Below, piece by piece: positions 48,457 through 55,298 of a stretch of DNA of 55,298 nucleotides. Made by a program: the position numbers and the translations under genes. Origin of the DNA: Octopus sinensis (lineage: Eukaryota); the NCBI RefSeq assembly GCF_006345805.1, contig NW_021835369.1, positions 1-55,298 on the forward strand. Reading direction: 5' to 3'. The first letter of the stretch is position 1. Every line of letters begins with the position of its first letter. The notes under the pieces are model-generated. The model searched no databases. It worked only from the letters and a program-made list of their open reading frames with translations, and was not told the DNA's origin.

Positions 48457-48885
48457 CTAGCAGTATCGCCCGGCGTTGCTCGGGTTTGTAAGGGAAATAA
48501 CTATATAAGCATTTTTAGAGAGTTACTTCCCTTATAGATGCCAATTCGGGCTTTCTTAGCCATTTCTGTTTTGGTGTTTTCAAGCCATGAAGTCGTTGTT
48601 CTAAAAGAACGCTGGTCTCCTTGACAACGCTTTACGACGTTGATTTCCTTACACTCCCTTCCCCACAGCTTCACGAGGGAGGGAAGAAGGGGGAGAAGCA
48701 AACAGGTGCAGGTGTTACCATGGACGCCAACTCTGCCGCCATCGACACACAAAATATTATGCATTAAAATGGAATAAAAAATGATGTTAAATTATTTTTA
48801 AAATCGTAGACTCATCGTAGACGCGCGCTAATAGCCAGACAGGCTCGATATGAATCACGACTATAAGATACCCGAATTTGGTTAA
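48457..48885 (-). mobile_element. Helitron family B, 3' part (hairpin plus CTAG), nested in family A
   Basis: Minus strand CCCGAGCAACGCCGGG-CGATACTG-CTAG|T; homologous to 6420-6690 and 24990-25215. Confidence 0.8.
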
Positions 48886-49319
48886 ACCATCATCACCACC
48901 ATCACCACCACCACCATCATCATCATCATTACCATCACCACCACCATCATCACCACCATCACCATCATCATCACCACCACCACCATCATCATCATCATTA
49001 CCATCACCACCATCATATCCACCATCACCATCATCATCAGCATCATCACCACCATCATCACCACCACCATCACCACCACCATCATCACCACCATCGCCAC
49101 CACCACCACCACCACCACCTCTACTACTGGCACCTATCCTTGGTGATGAATGGGTGGAATTATTTGAGTATGAGATGAGATGAGATGCCATGCGATATTT
49201 GTTCCAGCTCTTTACGTTCCAGGTTCAAATCCCATCCTGTCACTCCGTCACCGACAAACTGCGACACTTGTGTCAGAGGTTGTAACGGACAGAATGAGCC
49301 AGAGAGAAAACGGAAGAAT

Positions 49320-50011
49320 TACAGTTGAAGATACATACATCGAGAAAGGCAGGCAGGCTGACAGACTGACCGACAGACAGACAGGCATAGGTAGAGAGAA
49401 TGATTGATAGGCCAATCCATGGACAGGTAAGACAGGTAGACAGCAAGACGGACAGGCTGACAGATATAGAAAGATATATAAATAGTTGGGTAGATAAACA
49501 GATGGATGGATGGATGGCTAGATAGATGCATAGATAAATAGATAGATCAATGGATAGATGGATAGATAGATGGAGAGATAGATAGATATATAGATAGACA
49601 GATAGAGAGTTATGAAGATAGACAGATGGATGGACAGATTGATAGATAGGTAGATAGACAGATAGATCGACTGATCGATAGATAGATAGATAGATAGATA
49701 GATAAATAAATAAATAGATAGATAGATAGACAGACAGATCGATCGATCGATAGATAGATAGATATGTTTCTTTATTAGCCACACAGGGCTGCACACAGAC
49801 AGGACAAAATTACAAGGTAGAGCTTTTCTTTTGGGGGTAAAAGAAGGGGGTTTGGTTTTCGATCAAAAGGGATCGTAAATGGAAAGAAAGAGGACAAAAA
49901 AGGGGGGGATAAAATAAAATTTTAAAAAAAAGTTAGATAGATAGATAGATAAATAGATAAGTTGATAGACAGACAGACAGACAGATTATATATATATATA
50001 TATATATATAT

Positions 50012-50075
<64 letters not shown>

Positions 50076-50116
50076 GTAGATAGGTAGATAGACAAATAGA
50101 TAAATAGATAGATAGG

Positions 50117-50147
<31 letters not shown>

Positions 50148-50212
50148 GTAGATAAGTTGATAGACAGACAGACAGACAGATAGATAGATAGATAGATAGG
50201 TAGATAGATAGG

Positions 50213-50269
<57 letters not shown>

Positions 50270-50346
50270 GGATGGATAGATAGATAGATGCATGGATGGA
50301 TGGATAGATAGATAGATAAATAGATAAGTTGATAGACAGACAGACA

Positions 50347-50386
<40 letters not shown>

Positions 50387-50426
50387 TAGATAGATAGATG
50401 ATAGATAGGTAGATAGATAGATAGAT

Positions 50427-50463
<37 letters not shown>

Positions 50464-50465
50464 AT
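49320..50465. repeat. (GATA/GACA)n arrays containing an L1/Tx1-like 3' end (49765-49932, minus)
   Basis: TTTCTTTATTAGCCACACAGGGCTGCACAC..ACAAGGTAGAGCTTTTC is the reverse complement of the 15420 and 26030 ends, with GATA repeats on both sides. Confidence 0.85.
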
Positions 50466-51075
50466 TGAAGCAGAGCCTTGACTTGGATGACTCAATCAAA
50501 ATGGAAACGGTTGAAGAATCTGTTCTGAGATTTTATCACATCACCAAATCCTTCCATGAGTCAGGAATCATGTCTTTTGAAATGTCTGAGGGAATTCCAG
50601 CAGACATTAGTGGAGACATGGAAGAAAATGGTTTCTGAAGAATGGAACAGCGAGCAAGGTTGAGGTGACATGATGTGTGTGTGCATGTGTGTGTGTGTAT
50701 GTGTGTGTGTGTATGTGTGTGTGTGTGTATGTGTGTGTGTGCATGTGTGCGTGTGTGTGTGTATGTGTGTGCATGAGTATGGATATGTATCTTTATATAT
50801 GTGTGTGAGAGAGTGTATATATATGTATGTGAAAGTGTGTATGCATGAGCGTGTGTGTGTGTACGTGCATGAGTGTGTGTGTGAAGAACAGGGTACCTAG
50901 GTGCTTAATGTGTGCGTGTGTATGTATAACAGGGTACCTAGGTATTTAATGTGTGCGCGTGTGTGTGTGTATATATATATATATATACACACACACACGC
51001 ACACATTAAACCTAGGTACCCTGTTCTTCACACACACACTCATGCACGTACACACACACACACACGCGCGCTCAT

Positions 51076-51127
<52 letters not shown>

Positions 51128-51139
<12 letters not shown>

Positions 51140-51414
51140 TTTTTCCATAATGAGATAAAAAAACCCAAGCTGTGAAAGATTTGTAGAACATTTATAAATA
51201 GAAGGTCTTACAGTTGCTTCCAGGATATTTACTATATCCCTTCATCGGAGACACTGTGAAAAGATGGTTAAGCAAACCATCTTCTCACACCGTCTCCCAT
51301 GAAGGGATATAATAAATATCCTGGAAACAACCGTAAGACCTTTTATTTATAAATGTTCTAAAATCTTTCACAGCCTTGGGTTTTTTTATCTTATTACGGA
51401 AAAATTTTTTTTTA
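51128..51414. mobile_element. Palindromic MITE-like element (arms ~135 bp, 5-nt loop at 51270-51274) within (TA)n
   Basis: TTTTCCATAATGAGATAAAAAAACCCAAG...AAGATGGTT AAGCA AACCATCTT...CTTGGGTTTTTTTATCTTATTACGGAAAA; arms about 90% complementary by eye. Confidence 0.8.
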
Positions 51415-51560
51415 TATATACACATGCTGATATATGATCTACGTTGGACCCCTTATTCACATAATTACCGAACCTGGAACTTAACTATGGTCTATCCCTA
51501 GCACTTATTCAGTATTACCAGACACCTTGGGGTCTCACTGACACCATGACCTCTCATAAC

Positions 51561-51593
<33 letters not shown>

Positions 51594-51597
51594 CATA

Positions 51598-51634
<37 letters not shown>

Positions 51635-51652
51635 GATATTACATAAATATAT

Positions 51653-51753
<101 letters not shown>

Positions 51754-51769
51754 CACATAGAATACATAA

Positions 51770-51817
<48 letters not shown>

Positions 51818-51864
51818 TAATATACATATATATATATACATATATATATATATGCGTATATATA

Positions 51865-52075
51865 TATATGTATATATATAGAGCTAGTTTCAGTGTGTAT
51901 ATTCTTCCCTGGATTGGATGTGCTGGTCTGTTGTAGAATAACTCATTTTTGCCAGCTGAGTGGACTGGAGCAATGTGAAATGAAGTATCTTGCTCAAGAA
52001 GACAACGCATTGCCCGATTCAGGAATTGAAACCACAGTCTTATGATCATGATTCCATCACCCTAACCACTAAGTC
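51865..52075 (-). mobile_element. SINE family V, solitary degenerate copy
   Basis: TTTTGCCAGCTGAGTGGACTGGAGCAATGTGAAAT..CTTGCTCAAG is the reverse complement of the 45577 units. Confidence 0.75.
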
Positions 52076-52452
52076 GTGGGACTGAAAGACAGCCCTTATT
52101 TCCTTCTTAATACTCATGACATGGTTGAGACCTGGTTATTTGATTTCAGGAGGACTTAGCTGCTATTTATAGCAGATCGAGTAAACGCATAGAAGGGTGT
52201 TCCTTGCTGGTTTGCGGGGCCCCTGCTTCTGTCTGCTGGTTGAGTGCTTCACTGCAGGAAATGGTTGGCAGCTGTTCAAACATCGACACCAACAGCAACT
52301 ACATCCGACATCCAGCTGTAAAAACATCGGGACCACCACAATGCACCCCTACACACCAACACACCCTACACCGACCCCCACCGACTGGGGGGGGGCAAAA
52401 ATGCATTACTATAAAGTTAATTAATACATGCTCATATAGGCGTGTATATACA

Positions 52453-52546
<94 letters not shown>

Positions 52547-52944
52547 CACATTAAATATATGAAAATATATATACATAAATATATATATGGTCTTTATATA
52601 TATAAATGGCGGTGCCCCAGCATGGCCACAGCTCAAGAGCTGAAACTGGAAAACATAAACATAAACATATATATATATTTGTGTGTGTGTGTATATATAT
52701 ATATTTATATATATATATACACATATAGATATATGAAAATATATATACATAAATATATATATATATATTTGTGTGTGTATGTATATGCATATGTGTGTGT
52801 ATTCATTTATATATGCTAGAAAGAGCAGTTAAAATTAGAGAAGTACTGTAGGTTAGAGGCAGATCTGGTTGTTATTTCTAACACTTGTTGACTTCATATA
52901 TGTATATGTGAGTGTGTGTGTGCATATGTGTGTCTGTATGTTTA

Positions 52945-53210
52945 AGTGAACATTTTTCCAGTTGAAATACACCGAAAAATGGTAACATGGCAGTCGAAAA
53001 ATCGTAACAAATAGGGATTTTCAAAAGCACCTTTTTGATGTAAAGAATTTTTGGTGTTAAAATGGTCCGATTTGAATTTTTTCTTCTACGGAAGGAAGAG
53101 CAAGCCTTCTTCTATCATACTCTCAAATTTGGTCAAGTTGCGCTGCAGGGTCTCGGAGGAGATAGTGTTAGTTGAAGGCTACCAAACCTGCCATACACAG
53201 ACAACCTCAG

Positions 53211-53225
<15 letters not shown>
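52945..53225 (-). mobile_element. Possible third Helitron family, 5' end merging into (TA)n
   Basis: CACAGACAACCTCAGCTTTATATATA parallels the plus-strand view of the other Helitron 5' ends (29270-29307, 6660-6690); the TC terminus is not resolvable. Confidence 0.35.
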
Positions 53226-53285
<60 letters not shown>

Positions 53286-53305
53286 GTATATATAATATAT
53301 ATATA

Positions 53306-53336
<31 letters not shown>

Positions 53337-53355
53337 ATACATATATATAACACAC

Positions 53356-53388
<33 letters not shown>

Positions 53389-53542
53389 TTATTATATATA
53401 TATATATTAATTTATCGACCCCGAAAGGATGAAAGGCAAAGCTGACTTGGGCAGAATTTGAACTCAGAACGCAAAGACAAAGGAAATACTGCTAGGCATT
53501 TCACCCAGCAGGCTAACGTTTCTGCCAGCTTGCTTTCTTAAT

Positions 53543-54160
53543 CATCATCATCATCATCATCGTTTAACGTCCGTTTTCCGCCCCAGCACGGGTTGGACGG
53601 TTCGACCGGGGTCTGGGAAGCCAGGAGGCTGCACCAGGCTCCAGTCTGATCTGGCAGTGTTTCTACAGCTGGATGCCCTTCCTAATACCAACCACTCCGC
53701 GAGTGTAGTGGGTGCTTTTTACGTGCCACCAGCACAGGTGCGAGGGGAGTCTGGCAGCGGCCACGATCGGTTGGTGCTTTTAACGTGCCACCAGCATGGA
53801 AGCCAGTCGAGGCGGCGCTGGCATCGGCCACGTTTGGATGGTGCTTTTTATGTGCCACCGGCACAGAAGCCAGTCGAGGCGGCGCTGGCATCGGCCACGT
53901 TCGGATGGTGCTTTTTATGTGCCACTGGCACAGAAGCCAGGCAAGGTGGCGCTGGCATCAGCCACATTCGGATGGTGCTTTTTATGTACCACTGGCACAG
54001 AAGCCAGTCGAGGCGGCACTGGCATCGGCCACGTTCGGATGGTGCTTTTTATGTGCCACCGGCACAGGTATCACAACTACCATTTCCATTTGATATTTAT
54101 TTCGATGTTCATGTACCTGACTCAATAGGTCTCCTCAAGCACAGCAGGTTGTTCTGAACA
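53543..54160 (-). mobile_element. Longest family R copy, with five ~67-bp VNTR units
   Basis: TGGTGCTTTT at 53772, 53839, 53906, 53973 and 54040. Confidence 0.88.
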
Positions 54161-54364
54161 AATTTTGGCACAAGGCCAGCAATTTCGGGGAAGGGAGTAA
54201 ATCGATTACATTGACTCCAGTACTGCACTGGTACTTATTTTATCGACCCCAGAATGATAAAAGGTGAAGTCAGCCTTGATGGAATTTGAACTCAGAATAT
54301 AAAGCTGGACAAAACACCTCTAAGCACTTTGCCCTGCTTGCTAACGTTTCTACCAGTTTGCTGT

Positions 54365-54624
54365 CTTAACGCGTTTAGATATGAATATGTGTGCATGCTA
54401 ATGCGTTCAGACTTCCAAGTGCGTAGCTGTTAATGTGTTCAGCTATTAATGAAAGTAAGAGTTAATGCGTTCAGTTATTTGTTGCATGTGTGTTGGGGCT
54501 GATGCGTTTAACTGTTAGTGTGTGTGTGTGTGTCGGTGTGTAGGGGCCTAATGCATTTAGATGTTAGTGCGTTTAGGTGTTAATGTGTTTAGCTGTTATT
54601 GTGCGTGGGTGCTGATGTGTTTAG
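54365..54624 (+). repeat. Decayed 16-bp-period minisatellite, consensus about GYTAATGYGTTYAG
   Basis: Motif starts at 54365, 54397, 54429, 54461, 54498, 54547, 54563, 54579 and 54611. Confidence 0.65.
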
Positions 54625-54734
54625 CATGGAGTCAGGAGAAACTCCATCAGTTGAACGGATTTCCATTGTTGCTTTCAGTGGTTTTTGTGGCAAACAGTTT
54701 CAGCTTCATTGTCTGGATCAACCACAGAGCAGGG

Positions 54735-55298
54735 TGGTGGTGGTGGTGTGGTGGTGGTGGTGGTGGTGGTGGTTGGTGGTGGTGGTGGTGGTGGTTGGTG
54801 GTGGTGGTGGTTGTTGGTGGTGGTGGTGGTGGTTGTTGGTGGTGGTGGTGGTTGTTGGTGGTGGTGGTGGTTGGTGGTAGTGGTTGGTGGTGGTGGTGGT
54901 TGTTGGTGGTGGTGGTGGTTGGTGGTGGTGGTGGTGGTGATGGTAGTGGCAACGGTGATGATGGAGGTTGTAGTAGTGATGGGGGTAGTGGTGTTAGTGA
55001 TGGTGGTGGTGGTGATAATAATGGTAGTGGTGGTAGTGGAGTTGGTGATGGTGGTGGAGGTGATAATGGTGGTGGTGGTTGTTGTTGGTGGTGGTGATAA
55101 GTGGTTGTAGTAGTGATGGTGGTAGTGGTGTTGGTGATGGTGGTGGTGGTGATAACGGTGATTATAGTGGTGATGATGGTGATGGTGGTGGTGGTAGTGG
55201 AGTTGGTGGTGGTGATAATGGTGATTATAGTGGTGATGATGGTGGTTGTAGTGATGATGGTGGTGGTGGTGGTGACGATGATGGTGGGGGGTGATGAT
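54735..55298. repeat. GGT/GAT compound repeat running to the window end
   Basis: Directly visible. Confidence 0.9.

Noticed and set aside
49143-49215. C/D-box snoRNA (GTGATGA)
   Set aside because: No matching D box with a terminal stem was seen; adjacent sequence looks like a SINE head remnant.
51421-51562. Penelope-like or other element terminus between TA tracts
   Set aside because: Single short segment with no diagnostic motif or second copy in the window.

Overview
This is repeat-saturated eukaryotic DNA. The SINE repertoire and extreme microsatellite density point to an octopus-like cephalopod, which is my inference and not a database result. I recognise no intact host protein-coding gene, rRNA, true tRNA or CRISPR array. 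Almost all long ORFs in the track are translations of microsatellites. The real coding remnants are decayed mobile elements: several Tc1/mariner pieces, a 5'-truncated RTE LINE (3659-6356), R4/Dong-type RLE retrotransposon fragments, a CR1/L2-type 3' end, L1/Tx1-like 3' ends sitting in (TATC)n, and a broken Helitron with Rep and PIF1-helicase remnants (24556-29307) plus non-autonomous Helitrons. Five SINE or SINE-like families are present in many copies. The least ordinary structures are: (i) inverted arrays of a 21-bp/64-bp/149-bp hierarchical repeat with a Foldback-like layout (37826-40235), beside a 930-bp palindromic MITE; (ii) a SINE carrying a captured LINE 3' end as an expandable 184-bp internal module; (iii) LINE families apparently associated with specific microsatellites; (iv) a five-copy head-to-tail SINE array; and (v) a candidate divergent promoter with a forkhead-motif cluster near 7.6-9.0 kb. 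Coordinates were read by eye; element boundaries in degenerate regions are approximate.
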